Assembly (NCBI GenBank): GCA_045837725.1
Contig: JBEWZL010000076.1
Span: 372,001 to 436,000 of the forward strand
DNA from: Vermamoeba vermiformis
Lineage: Eukaryota
Direction of reading: 5' to 3'
Length of the DNA stretch: 64,000 nt
Shown here: positions 11,864-25,700 of the stretch, piece by piece
Numbering within the stretch: position 1 is the first letter of the stretch
Layout of the letters: the number at the start of each line of letters is the position of its first letter
Notes under the pieces: generated by a model
What the model was told of the DNA's origin: nothing
The model's input: the letters and a program-made list of their open reading frames with translations, nothing else
Database searches by the model: none
Position numbers and translations under genes: made by a program

Positions 11864-14800
11864 TTACGCAAAGGTTTCAGGGAAGGAAACCAATGCTTGT
11901 TTCCTGTAATATTTAGCGGCTTCATTCATGCCTGCTTGTTCTAATAAGGCTACAACCGTCGACAAGGCTTCTTTGTTCTGTTCATAAAAGAGAAAAATAA
12001 AGTTAATAAAATTTCAATGCCAGGCAGTCACTTACGATTGGTGAATTCCATTTCTTCAACAAGACTACCATTGCATTGAACAAGCGGCCGTTGAACTTTT
12101 CACTGAACACGACGAACTTGGCGTACTTGCTGTCACTCTCCAAAGTCGGGAATTGTTTCTTCAACGTGTCGTACAGCTTGCCGTAGGTCTCTTTGTCCTC
12201 ATTGGTCAATTCGTTTTGCTTCTCTTTGGCTACCAACGTCTCCAACAACGCATTGGCCTTCTGGTAAAGCGCATCCGTGTAGACCTGCCAAAAGTGTCAA
12301 AAAAAAAGATCGGATGTGTACTTTCGCTAGTGACTTACGGTATCAGTCAAGGCCCACAACTTGGCGTCAAATCCAGCGAGAGCAGGGTCCTTGGCGTTCT
12401 TGTAGGCCGCGAGCTTGGTCGTGTCCACAGCAGCAATTAGTTCATCAGCAGCGCTAATGACGGCTTCGTTCTTCTTCTCTTCAACGGCCACTTTAACGAG
12501 TGCGTGCAAGTAGGTCAAGTAGAGCCCTGGTTGAGTATCTTTGTTGAGCTTGAGACCGCTTAAAACTTCTCTGGCACCATTGAAGTCCTTCTCGGAGCTA
12601 AGTCTCAGCGCGTAGGCCATTGATTGGTTGGCCAAGAAATCAGCGTGATTTTCAGCCGCTGACTTCTTCGTGTCAGGCACGAACTTTTGTGCGGCAGACG
12701 AGCTGCTGCTTGGCTTGGGACTGACTGGGTAAGTGAATGACAATGCAGTTTCGCCTTCGTGGAAATTTATGCCTTGGCTGCCGTTCATCGCAGGTTCTTC
12801 GCCCTGAAGGTCATGCACTGGTTAGCACTACTAAATTAGGCAAAGGTTTCACGTACCTCAAGTTTCTTCCAGCTGACGCGGCCCAGCAATAAATCACCTT
12901 TTTCGGCATTCAACGCGCTCACAGCACTGTCTTCAGGTGCTTTGAACCACATCGTGTTCACGCGTCCCTTGGCCATTTTGACGGTCTTGACTTTAGATCC
13001 GCCAGTCAACGCCCCGTCAAAAGTGTTGAAAATGTCCACTGATACTTGCTTGTCTTTGGGGACTTGAATGTCAACGAACAAGGGCCAGTCTTTCATGGAC
13101 TCCAAAGTCTTCGAGGAGTTGGATCTCATTTGCACACGCACAGTGTACGTGCCTAATGCACCGTTAGTACTAGTATATGCATACGAAAGCTTAGTCTTAC
13201 CTTTAGCGGGCACTGAGAAGGCCTTGGGCCATGCATCACCCTTGGCAATGAGCTTCTTGTTCTGGTCAAACACGGTCCAGAACTGGGCCTCGTGCGGGGA
13301 CTCGTACAAGTACTCGCTCAAGCCAACCACACGTGTGATTACCTTGTACGAAGTTTCGTTGACGTGCTCGTACGTGTAAGTCAATGTCATCTCGTAGATT
13401 TGTTGACCGTCCATGTCAATGTCACGCTTTGAACGGATGTCAGTGAGATTCATGAACGATCGCTGCGGTACTTACATCAGGGCAACCAGTTCTGATTTGA
13501 CTTGAGGTCGGTCTCAAAGTCTTGCGAATGACACCTAACTTGGCAGTAGGTGCGAGTTCTTCCTCTCGCAAATGCGTGCTAGTAAGGAATGAGTAAGGCA
13601 AATACTGAAGAAAACATGACTTACGCAACATCACAGCGCACCAGTTTATCACCAGGACCCAAGTGAAGTTGAGGAGGAACGTTGATTCCATGGAACTCGA
13701 CCTTGAAAGTCACGTCGCCGGACGAGCCGATCGAAGACCAGCTCTGACCAATGTCTAGTTCGAGTGGCTGACCTCCGTGGACTCTAATGGGCCAGACGTA
13801 TTTCTCCTCGCCTTGGATCCAGAAGTACGTCTCATCCACGTGCCGAGAGCTCCATTGTTTCAAGTAAGGCTGTCATTATGTTAATAAAGGAATACTAATA
13901 ATGACAATATATACTTACATAAGCCACGATCAACATTAATCTGTTGTTCTCAAACTTGTTGGCTTGCACAGTAACTTCAGCCCAAGTAGCGTGTTCAGGC
14001 ACGTGAATAAATCTTCGTTCCACGTGACCAGGCGTGAACTTGATAGGCACGCTGGATTGAATGGTGTGCTCCTTGATAGTCCTGTAACAAGCTCGTGAGC
14101 ACGTGTTTGACGGTAAATATAAGAGTACGTACATTGGCTTAATGAAAGTGAGAGGCACGCGCAACAAGGGACCGTGCTCGGGGTGATCGCTGTCAGTGAA
14201 CAGAACTTCACCGTGGACAAGCTTGCCTTCAGGGAACAACGAAGGATCAGCACTGACCTTCATCGAACGAGCTGAATTACATCGTCAATATCAACACAAA
14301 AACACTAATTAAAAATTATCTTACGTTCAGCCATCAAGACGAGGTGCTCGGCAAGTTTGATGCCAGGAATGGTGCACTTGACGTTCAATTTCATTTCGAA
14401 TTGAACTTTGTCAGTGTTCGAGATCGTCTTGGAAAAGATGGGCAAGATCTCCATGTTCTTTTCGATCAGTGAATTGAACTCCCAAGCGTCACGAACGTAG
14501 AGACCACGTGCGTTGTTACGTTGAGGAAATTTCACGTCCAATCTCAAGTGCGAGATTTCAGCGGTCTTCTTCGAGTACTCAAAAGACTCGTTGACTTGAA
14601 TCAAACCGTAACCTTGAGCCAATCGCTCGACATTTTCAATTTGACGAGCAGTATTTTCAATCGCTCTCTTCAAGCTGAATGGCGTGAATGGGATCTTCTG
14701 GTGTTTGAGTGCTGAAATTACTAATGCCAAGCAACCGCAAGCATTAGGGCTAGACATGGAAGTACCGTTCATCAATTGTTTCTTTTTCAACTGATAGTTG

Positions 14801-16553
14801 GGCACGGGGGCAATAGCTCCTCCTGTTATAAGAATTAGGAGGGGTTAAAAGTGTGATTATAACCGTACCAGGAGCGCTGATGCTAACACCCAAAGAGCCG
14901 TCCTCAGAAGGACCGCGTGAGGACCAAGTGTATTGAGTCTCGGGTAGGGTCTCGTACATTGAATAGGCAACGTCCATCATGCCCGGAGTGACCATCGCAC
15001 CGACACCAATCAGGTTGGCTGCATTGCCACCAGGTGCGCCCTAACAATGTTAATGTCGGACAAGTATTACTTTTTAATTTATCCTTACTGTGGTAGTGTA
15101 AGCAGGACCGTTGTTGCCAGCGCTAGAAACAAAAGTAACGCCGTGGAGCTCGACGAGTTGATTGGCCAGTTCCATCACACGACCAGCATTGGCACGTGCA
15201 CTGGGCTCACCATAGGACATGTTGATCAAGTCAGGCTTGGACTTGCTCATGGCAAGGATAGCTCGTACGAGGGCCGTACCTGTCTCCATAGTGCCTAACC
15301 GAGAATCACCGATTTTAACGGCAACAATTTGAGCACCAGGAGCGACACCATTCAAAGCTGGTTCTTCGGGGTAATTAGCTGCAACAATGCCAGCAACGTG
15401 AGTACCTACAATGCATAGTCAGTTACGCACTTATAAGCTCATTTAATATGATTGTCAAGTGACGTACCGTGAGATCCGGAGTTTGCAACAATGCTCAAAA
15501 CATTGCCGTTGTCGTAAATCTTCACAGAATAGTTCAACAAATCCTCTTTGCTGAATGTATCGTACTCAAATTCAACAGCGTAGTCAGCGAGCACTTTCGC
15601 GTTAGTCAAATCACCGCTCTCTTCTTTGTCAATCACCGCGCGCCACGTGCCTTTGCTGTCTTGGAACAACAAGCAGTCGTACACCGGTCCCAAATCTGAC
15701 CAGCTCTTGCCAACCTCGGTCAAGAGGTCTTTCTTGGCCTCGAGTTCTAATATATAGGAACATTAACGAACCGTAAAAAGTCATGTTCTTCCGCGGGATC
15801 TGAAATAAAAACTAATCACGTACCTTTCTTTTCAGTAGGCGAATTAGTATTTTCGAGTGCCTTAGTCACTTCGTCGACAGCAATGCGATGTTTTTTATCC
15901 CATGCTGATTTACGCTCGCCTTTCAAACGTTCAACGAGATCTTGTGGAAAGAAATCGTATGCAGCCTTAAGACCGAGGCGATAAGTGCCTGTAGGATTAT
16001 CCCACTGACCTAATTTCAATTTTCTGCCAGACAAGCCCTAAAATAAATTACAGAATTAAATTAGATTTTTTGGAAACTTTTTCTTCGGATCTTACCTCAA
16101 CATAACCATCAACGGCTGCTCTAGTAACGGACATATCTACGTCGCTGCCTCCAGACGCGTCAATGATATCAATAATTTTTCGCTTTCCGTCTGAAGTTGT
16201 CTGTGACAGAATAATAATTATTACGTGTTAAATTTTAAAAAATTACCCACAATCAAATCATTGATTTATTATAAATTTCGAAGTCATATTCAATTGGCTA
16301 AATTAACCTAATTTTTCTGATTAAATTTCTAAAGACTTACTTGCAAGCCAGGAGCACCTGGATCGACACCAGAGTCAAAAATAGCCACAACTACACCGCG
16401 ACCATCATATTCAGGATATTTGCGAACAAAATCAGCGGCTTGTGTCTCTTCCTTAGGTAAAATACCAGATGTAGGAAAGGCTGAACTTTGCGTCTACGCT
16501 TATTTTAATATGGGCGTCTATTTTCATTTATTTATTATAATTACCTTCTCCAT
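11864..16553 (-). CDS. TPP2: Tripeptidyl-peptidase II (subtilase S8), multi-exon
   Basis: PKEETQA...[64 protein letters not shown] and [14 protein letters not shown] (catalytic D/H/S). Confidence 0.95.
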
Positions 16554-16672
16554 TTGTGGCGTTACTTTGAAAAAATTGTAAAAATATCACGTTTCCGTCA
16601 ACCAAACAAAAAGTTCTTTTCTGGCCCGAAGGAGTTGAAACCAATAATTTACACTTTTATACAACTAACTCG

Positions 16673-19600
16673 CTACTTTTTCTTCGTCCAACCAAAAAGG
16701 ATCGCAATTTGTTTGCCAAAATTGTTGCTCTTTGAGTTACGCGGACTTGGAGCCGTAGAATTGCTCGGGCTCTTTTTTCCACCGTTATTTTTTCTCGCTT
16801 CTAATTGCAACGACATTTGATAGATTTGAGTGTCATCTATCGTCGTTAAATTCATCAAATAGTCCTGGATCTGCTGCACTGGGCGAATACTGTACTGACA
16901 CATTTGACTCCTACAATAACGCGCGTCAAAACCAGATCCAGATCTGCACAACTTTCCTAATTAGGAATAACGTACCTTTGAATCGTATTAATGACCTTGA
17001 GTATTTTGTAGTTTTTAGAGAAGTTTAGCATGCCGAGACTATCGTTCGGTGTTGTAGACATTTTTCCCGCCTCTTCGATGAAGATCAAATCTGTCAAATA
17101 CATGCCCAAAAAAGGAATAGATGGTAAGGACGCTGAGCTCATGGCTGCCTTGCACGCGTCAGGAGAGTCAAAGAACTTGAGCAGTTCAGTGAATTTTGCT
17201 TTTTTCTCGTCAGTGACGTACTTCCAACTCTCTTCCAAACGATGCACGGCACAGTTTGACAAACCGGAAATAATTTGCATGGTGCTGCTGTAGTTCTGCA
17301 AATTGAATGTTTCCTAAGGTAATTACACGTTAATATCAAGAGGCAAGACACCACTATTAGTCTTACTGTTGCAATATCAATGAATCGACTAATTAATCCT
17401 CCGCGCAATTGAGCTTGCTTTGGCCGTACAATGTAGGACGAGGTCCATGCACTTGTCTATAAACAAAGTGTCAGTAAATCACCTTCAATGTGATATCCCC
17501 TTAGCCGTACCATATTAAATCGTTGAGTAATGCTATTGATTCCAGGTGCCTTTTCGAGTTTGTCTTTTTTCGTCCAAGCGCCGTTCAAAAACTCTTTCAA
17601 ATGGATATTTTTCAAAAGACGTAATTCAATGAGCTACAAGATATCATTCGTTAGGTGGAATTAATGTTATTTTCCCGTATCTTACCGTCAGCTGTCTGGC
17701 GACTTCGATCGGATCCAGATCGAAGAAATCAAAACTGCCGGACTCGAATATACTAGGGACTATCGATGTTGGTGCATTATTCACTGAATATTCGATGTAG
17801 TATGACTGTTCAAGCTATTTCACAAGGTTAATGAATATACATGTAGGAAGTTATTTGTAGCACGCACCTTCTTTTTGAACATATCAGACCACTTAGGCCT
17901 CGACACATTAGTGCTTTGCGCTGTGTTTTCTTCGCCTCCACTAGGCTCTAATGAGACTAATGTTTGCGCGAGGCGATCGAACTGCATGACATTCGCGTCG
18001 AGTAGTTCTAACACGTCATCACGCATTGCTTTGTCGGCGATAAGATCGTGCGGATAAAAATCAATCCACGTGGTCAACACGAGCAATATCCTAAATTAGA
18101 CAATAAATATACAGTTCCGAAATAGGCAAGTCTTAGTCGTACCTCGCTTTGATCTTGTGTTCCTTCTCTTTGTTCATTCCTGCTTTTAAAAATTGCACGG
18201 CCAGTTGTTTGACGAGTACGTCCGGTGAAGTAAACGAATGAAAACTGACCAGGAACGCCTTGATGAAATTTGGATCTGAGTGTCGAATGTCAGTTGAGGT
18301 GCCTTAAAGATCGGCGTATGAGTTCATACCGCTGTAATCAGGATCAAACAGCTTCTGAATTAGCTTTGGCATCGTGGCTGCTTTAATAGTGCCATCTTCG
18401 TTCCACATGATCTGATCCGGTGTGTCGGGCACATCGCTGCAAATGTTGTAAGTCCCAAGATTTAGTATTGTACAACGTACTTAGCGAAGTCAATCATGGA
18501 AGTTTTCGACACATCAGTTCGCCTCCTGAATGAAGAGCCTATAAAATGAACGGATGTTAACAAATATAGGTCGCTTATGAGTTAGAATCACTTACCGCGA
18601 GGACCAGCAGCAATAGCATCTGTTGGTCGCGGACTTGTCGTCAAAGTACTCGTCATTGTTTCGCTCATTGTACCGCGCATATCTTGCTGACTGTCTCCAG
18701 CCACTACTGCATCTCTATTATTAGCCTCGCCCTCTGATGAGTCCTCCGTCTCATCTTTCAAGTGCTGTCAAAAGTGTCAGATCTACATCGATTAAAAGTT
18801 TGATTATATTTACCTCGATATAAGCCAAGTATTGATCATTCATCGGATCAGCTTTCATACGCGATTGACGAAGTTTAATAACCCAGTCCTAAAATAGATT
18901 AATAAAGCACGTGGCCAGAAAATCTGTTGCCAATTAATCGGATAGGATTCTGTACCTTCATATCTTCCTCGGTATCGGTATATAATATCTTGCTCTTAGT
19001 GCCCATTGATATTTCAAAATGACACTTGTCTTTTTTGTTCGGGACTACTTCCACTCTTGCGCAGGTCAAATCCAGGATCTGCCGCGGCTCCGAGGACTAT
19101 TGCAACATTAGCCATATGTGATTAATATATGATATAATGTTATTGCTATAGTTTTACCTTATCTGTTTCATAATAGTACAATTGACTGCCTTGAAGAATG
19201 TAGTATCTTTTGTAGACTTTAGGAACTGTAACTCCACCGATCGATTTGCTGCCTATTTGTAGAAATAATAATATGTTATAAATATGATATATGGATCATA
19301 TCATCGATCTTACTTAGTTTGTTCAAGTAGCCTTTTTTCGCGGCATCCGTTAAAGTCATCGCAGGTCGCTTCAAAATACTTAGTATTGCGTTGAAATAAG
19401 CTCATGTGATATCGTACCTTAGCATTGGGGTCCAAAAAGTTCAATAAGTACTCTAATAGCTCTGGATTTTCTACTATTTTCGTGGATCCGCATAAAGCGT
19501 TCAAGTAAATTTGTAGCTGACTTTGCCTCGTTTGCAAAAACTCTTCGGATAGATTATCGACGAGTATATCTATCGTTTTAGATGGAAAATGCGGAAATTC

Positions 19601-20416
19601 TTTCGATAGGTGCGGCTCCAGCTTTAAGATTTTTGTTAGTCGGATCCGATCTCGTAAACAGTTAAAATAATAATACTCTAAATTGCGTGGCAAATAATTT
19701 TGCATGTACTATCGTTCGAATGATTCAGTATGAGAATTGAACGGCGGATCCACAACCGTTAATGAATGAAATTTATGAGTTTTTGTGTTGTACCTTTTTA
19801 TGAAGCTCGTATAATTGCGAATATCGTCGCATTACCATCCAAGAACCATGGGGAGCTTGTACTTGAATATGAAAGAACTAAACTAGCTATTAGAAATGTG
19901 ATTTATCGGTATCAATTCAAATTCAGTATTGGCACGCAAGATTGCAACTTTAACTGATAATTAATTTCATAAAATAACAAAATTAGTCATAATTTTTATT
20001 CTTACCGTATATGGTTTTTTGTCCTGGATCGTTTCATACCGAAGGATCGTTAATTTTAATTTACTCATTAACGTTGAAACTCTCTTCCTATTTTTCTCCG
20101 AAGAAATATCTGCCGTATTTAATCCACGCACTTCCGATTGGTCATCATCATTATTGAGAGGTTGAGCTGGATTTGTAATCTTTTGAGCACTGGATCCCGC
20201 ACTCTCCGCAATTGTTATTTGTGGAATAGAAACTACATTCTGCTTTGGTATTGGCGGCAGCGGTTTTTGAGGTACAGTCATCGATCCGCCTCGTGGTTTG
20301 GTTGGCGGGATTGGTTTAGGTGGCAGTGACCGTGTGCCGTCTAGCCCTTCTTTATCTTCATTAATATTAATATCATCATTATTAATATTTGAATTATTAA
20401 TATGTGCTTGATTCAT
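16673..20416 (-). CDS. PX-PH-REM-RasGEF (CDC25) protein, multi-exon
   Basis: PX: FPHFPSKT...EEFLQTRQSQLQIYLNAL. PH-like exons at 18890-19250. REM: IKAATMPKLIQKL...FLVSFHSFTSP. CDC25: QNYSSTMQIISGL...HRL, SIPFLGMYLTDLIFIEE, LNFSK. Confidence 0.9.
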
Positions 20417-20637
20417 CGTTCAATAAGGGCAAATGGAAAAAGCGGAGCACAACTTCATTAACAGTGACGACAACGGAACACAACTACAATATTTAGAGCA
20501 ATATATCAAGATAACACATTTATTAATAATGAGAGTATTATTGCATTATTGGCAAAGTATCTGCGAGGTAAAAATAGCCGCAGTTTTTGCGCGCTTCTTG
20601 TGATCTTGAAGAAACACGCACAAACACATCTTACAAC

Positions 20638-21839
20638 ATGTTATTGAGAAATATTATATCAAGAAGCTCTATAATACGCTTTGCCAAGGCGAAGAACGTC
20701 GGCCAAGTTTGTCGCGCGACGGATCTTTTCTTTGTGCAAAAAAATTGTCGTAGATACTCTACTGAAGAGCCTAAAAATACAGAACAAGCTGAGTAAGTAT
20801 TTGTCTCTCCGTATGAGCCGGTATACATTGCAATACTCAATTACTGAATTTTTAAAATTTATTTAGACAAAAAGAAGTCAAGCGTGTCCGCATCTACACT
20901 AAAACAGGAGACAAAGGTACAATAATATCATCACTGCGCTTATTAACTTACCATAAATGGCAGGCAAATCAAGTTTATTCGACGGAACTCGACGAAAGAA
21001 AGATGACGCGGTATTTCAAGCATTAGGAACAGTTGATGAACTCAATGCGCATATTGGGTACGTAATATTATCTTTTATAGATCTTGTAACGTATTCTAAT
21101 GCTTGTTAATCACTAGAGTCGCGTACGAGTTCAGCAAGCAGGCATCCAACGGCTTGTCCGAGTATCTAGAGGAGGTAAGACTATCAATAAGGCGTATCAT
21201 TATGCACAGTGTCTTATATATCTATTCGATCCAGGTTCAATCGCGCTTGCTCGACGTTGGAGCGTGTGTAGCGACTCCGTTGAACTCACAGAACCAGAAG
21301 GCTGTAGGTGCGTACAAAATAGGCTTTATCAATCATCAGTTATGCGATAATGATACCTTTATTATTAGAGGCTACCAGATTCAATAGTGCGAACACTCAG
21401 CTGCTCGAACAGTGGATTGATCAACTGGATGCGAAATTGCCTGCTTTGAGAAATTTTATATTGCCGGTAAGACTCGTACTAATAACACACCTTATTTAAT
21501 CAATGAAATTGACGAGGGCTGAATTTCAATCCTCCCGAAACTAGTTTTTTAATCCCTATGCTCTAGATCGCGATGCCAGATCGAGCAATGCGCTCTCTTC
21601 GTTGTACTAACAATGCTACATTATAGTCCGGAGGCCTATCGAGTGCTCAACTCCACGTAGCACGAGCAGTATGCCGCAGAGCTGAGCGAAGTCTGGTGCC
21701 GCTGTTGGAGAGCGAGCAGATCAGCCTCGAAGTGTATCAATATTTGAATCGTCTTAGCGACTTCTTATTCGTTAGCGCTCGATACGCTGCGATGCGCGAA
21801 GGAAAGAAAGAAGTCGTGTATACACAACAAAAGAAGTAA
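20638..21839 (+). CDS. MMAB: PduO-type ATP:cob(I)alamin adenosyltransferase, probably mitochondrial
   Basis: [41 protein letters not shown] and [10 protein letters not shown]; Arg/Ser-rich presequence-like N-terminus. Confidence 0.95.
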
Positions 21840-21915
21840 ATAAAAATAGTAACTCGTAACATTTGTGTTATTTGTTCGTCCAAGTATCCACTACTGCACC
21901 ACATATATAAATAAA

Positions 21916-24900
21916 ATGTCAACATTTTATGGAACCCCGCTTGGAGGTCAAAAGCGAAAGCGGGACGCTGATGAGGTATCCGAATCTGAATCCTCAGAAG
22001 AGAATGGCAAACCAAAAGCTAAAAGGATAAAGAAAAACCCTCGTATATGGTAATAAAATAGTAATGCTAATTTTCTAATCGCTTTGAAAAAAAAAAATCC
22101 GATCCTGCAAGTACGATTATTCCCTTAGAAAGGCATATATTTAATCGTTAATTATGAATTTAGATTATTTAATATTATTGTTATATAGTAACACAGCGGA
22201 AGAAGTTTATCAAGCGCATCTCGGAACAGGAGCTTTTATTCTGGCCTCTGAACTGCGAGAATTGTCCTTATCCTTCACAGGTAATTATAATTACTGAGCA
22301 CAGTTTTATTGGTTTTAACTGTTGTTTCAGAGACTCCTCCAGCAACTGGTCGTCATGCGTGTCGGAGATTAGCGTCTGCACTGAGGCATGAGAACAATAG
22401 GCTCACTAAACTTGAGTTGGATGAAGCTTCACCAGATGGCCTTCGACACATGCTTAATGCTCTTCGTGAAAACAAAACGATCAAACAACTTGCAATAATC
22501 GGTATGAAATAACCTTTATGAATATGACTGACGCTCTTTGAAGGGACGCAAATTAAAAGTTGTATCACTGAACTGAAGAAGTTTTTAGAGAATGATACTG
22601 CTACAACTCTAAACCTTGATGGTAAGTCAAACTGAAGATTAATTAAGGTAACTAATTATTGCAGATTGTGTCACTACAGATGATCTGGAGGAATTACAAG
22701 ACACCTTTAAGTCGTCCAAATCATTAACCACTCTCTCTTTATTTGGTAAATATCCCCAATATTAGCAATCATCATTTAATAGTTCTTTAAGGCAACTCCC
22801 TTGAAAGCGATTTCATTGTTGAATTGATTGCCAACCTGCCAGCTTCTGTTAAAAGAGTTGATCTGCTCCATACAATGAAAGATGCAGATAGAACACTTGA
22901 TATAAGCAAACAGCTGTCTCTAAAGACACTGGAAATCTGTGGTATGTTCCATTCATTGATCTTAATCCTCTAATTTAGTTAAACTAAAAGGTGCTGACTC
23001 AACACATTCTTTCAAAACACTTCTACCAACCAATTTGAAGCATAATCAAACACTAAAACAATTATATTTGGGTAAGATTGAACTTTTGATTAGTCTGACC
23101 TGACTATTTATTTATTTGTACAGTTGAGATTGGATTCAGCTTGCAAATGCTGGAACATTAACAGAAATATTACAAGAAAACTCCTCCATCACCAGTTTAT
23201 ATATCAAAAACTCCCAACTTGATGCTGATGCAATCTCCATTTTGGCTAGAGGACTCCCTTCAAATAGAACTTTACAAATTCTTGACTTAAGTGGCATGTA
23301 TCCAAATGTTTTAATCAACTAATTTATTACAGACAATAATATTGGAGACAAAGGAATGCAATTGCTAGCAGAGGTTCTGGTGAAGAATTCCTCTATTCGC
23401 TGCCTTAACCTGTCAAAGAATCAATTCAAAACACCAGGACTTCAATTCTTAGTAAATGCTTTACAAACCAACAAAACATTACAGAAACTCTTACTCAAAG
23501 GTAGGGTAGATTTTATGCAAACTCTTGGTGATTGTTGTTTCACTAGACATGGACTTGAGCAAGGATGCACAATCTCTCTTCTCAATTGATACTTTAAATG
23601 CAAACAAGACTATTACTTGCATTGAATTAGGTAAGATTACTGCTTTAAAATTTATCTAAACAACCTTTAGGCACAACCCAACCTGTTTGTGTTGTCCAAT
23701 ATTTGGAAAGAAACAAGTCCATCATAGCAGAGAACTCCACCAATTTAACTCAACACATTCTGAATAATAATTGGGATGAAGTACAACAGGCAATGGAAAA
23801 ACAGTCTAAATTTCAAATAGATCATATGATAGCACATGAAGAATTGACATTGGATAAGTTGTGCGAGTTGAACAAGTTTGCATGCAATACATTAGATAAA
23901 AAGATAGCAAAACTCAAGGAACAAATTGATAATGCAGCCCAACAAAAGAACCTGGCTAGTAGTAAAGCACATGATTTGTACCAACAAAAGAGAATCTTAG
24001 AAGAGCAGCTACAAACAGTACAAAGTAACATATTAAGACAAGAAGAGAGTCAGAGAAGTTGGCACCAGAAACTTACAGCAGCCACAAACTTAGAGAGACA
24101 GCTACGGCAAACCCTTTATGCCACCAAGAAAACTCTGGCTAAGCATGAAGAGGAGCTTGCCACATGGAAGAAAATTCAAGACATCAAGCTCAGCGAGTGG
24201 ACCAAAGAAGATGTTGTGCTATTGCTGCAAGAGATCAAGTTGAGAAAGTTCAGCCAGTTGTTCCTTAACTCATCAATCAATGGCAGCATTTTAATTCATT
24301 TGACATCATCTGAGTTCATTGACTTTGGAATGTCATTTAAAGAAGTAAAGCAGCTTCAAAAGGCAATATTTCAGCTTCAGTGCTTCCAAAACTTGACAGC
24401 AGCACCTGATGCACTGGGTTGGACCTCAGATGAAGTGAAGAAGTGGCTGGAAGACAATGGTTTCAAGCAGATTATTCCAAAGGTTGATGAACTGAAGGTA
24501 AATGAATGAAATAATTGATCAATTAATTCTAATCATATTTAGATTACTGGTGGAGATTTGTTGTTTATGGATCGGCATGATTTGACGCAACAGCTACAAA
24601 TTACGTTGTTGGCTGATAAAGTCAAACTTGAGCAAGCCATTAAAGACCTCAAAGAGCAAATACTTAAGAAGTACATGAAAGTTAAGGTGAAAAAAGAAGA
24701 CAAGAACGCCAGTGTGGAAGAAGCCGATGATGTTGACAGCATTTACAAGTGTCCGTTAACCAAAGCAATTATGACTGAACCTGTAACAGCAGATGATGGC
24801 TACACTTATGAGCGCAAGGCCATTGAAGAGTGGATCGATCAGCACGGCACATCGCCACAAACTAACGAACCACTTAGCAGATCCGCGCTACGAAATTCAC

Positions 24901-24950
24901 TGTCGATGAAGAAAGCTATCGAACGGTTCTTGCACACTAAGAATATGTAA
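21916..24950 (+). CDS. RNI-like LRR - coiled coil - SAM - SAM - U-box E3 ubiquitin ligase
   Basis: Short LRR exons (LPSNRTLQILDLS, NNIGDKGMQLLAEVL), a coiled coil, SAMs (WTKEDVVLLL...INGSILIHL; WTSDEVKKWL...ITGGDLL) and a U-box (YKCPLTKAIMTEPVTADDGYTYERKAIEEWI...TSPQTNEPL). Confidence 0.85.
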
Positions 24951-25472
24951 CACTCGTCGCTGCTGACTTGTTCGTGGCCGTAGATTAGGCAGAATAAATT
25001 TCAATTTTGATTTCATTGTTTTTATTTATTTGTCCTGCACAAACATGAGAGATATAATTCATTGCAGTAGATACACGCTCATAATTATCGTTCGACAAAT
25101 GAATTCATGGTATGTTGTTAGAATAGTTTGTAAACGCGGCGGATCGACTTCGCATTTTATTTAATTTTTTCATCAAATTAGCAGCCTAAACACAAAAGAT
25201 CAGCATTTCCTAACTTATTATTAACGAATTTTGGCAAGGAATAATTTTAGGGCAATTTGCTAGCAAAATTAAATTTAATTCCTGTTGCGAGTTCATCAGG
25301 TTCAAAATCGTTTACCTTTTTTCTTTACGGCGAATATCAGCCGCACTTAATCTAAATTATGAGTATTCTGCTTTATAGCAAGGTAGAATAGTACGCGCCA
25401 TCTTCGGAGCAAAAATAGTTACGTAAAGATTAATTTTATCACTATTAGTATATATAAGGCATATTCTGACCG

Positions 25473-25545
25473 TTTTGAAGTATACTTGAAACGTTAATTA
25501 AGCTCGTAAACCGAAAAATAGCTCGATTTCAAGTATACTTCAAAA
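25473..25545. repeat. 19-bp perfect inverted repeat upstream of the GPCR gene
   Basis: TTTTGAAGTATACTTGAAA (25473-25491) and TTTCAAGTATACTTCAAAA (25527-25545). Confidence 0.8.
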
Positions 25546-25700
25546 AGTTACTAGTAACGCGTGAACGGATAAATTCGGAGCTGAAACAAAGTAGAATAAG
25601 TTTACAGTGTAAATACATTAACAACTAACACCTTGCCTATCCTTTTATTATTTATTTGTACATTAGTCTCGATACTAGCTCGTTGCAGATCTAACCCGAA

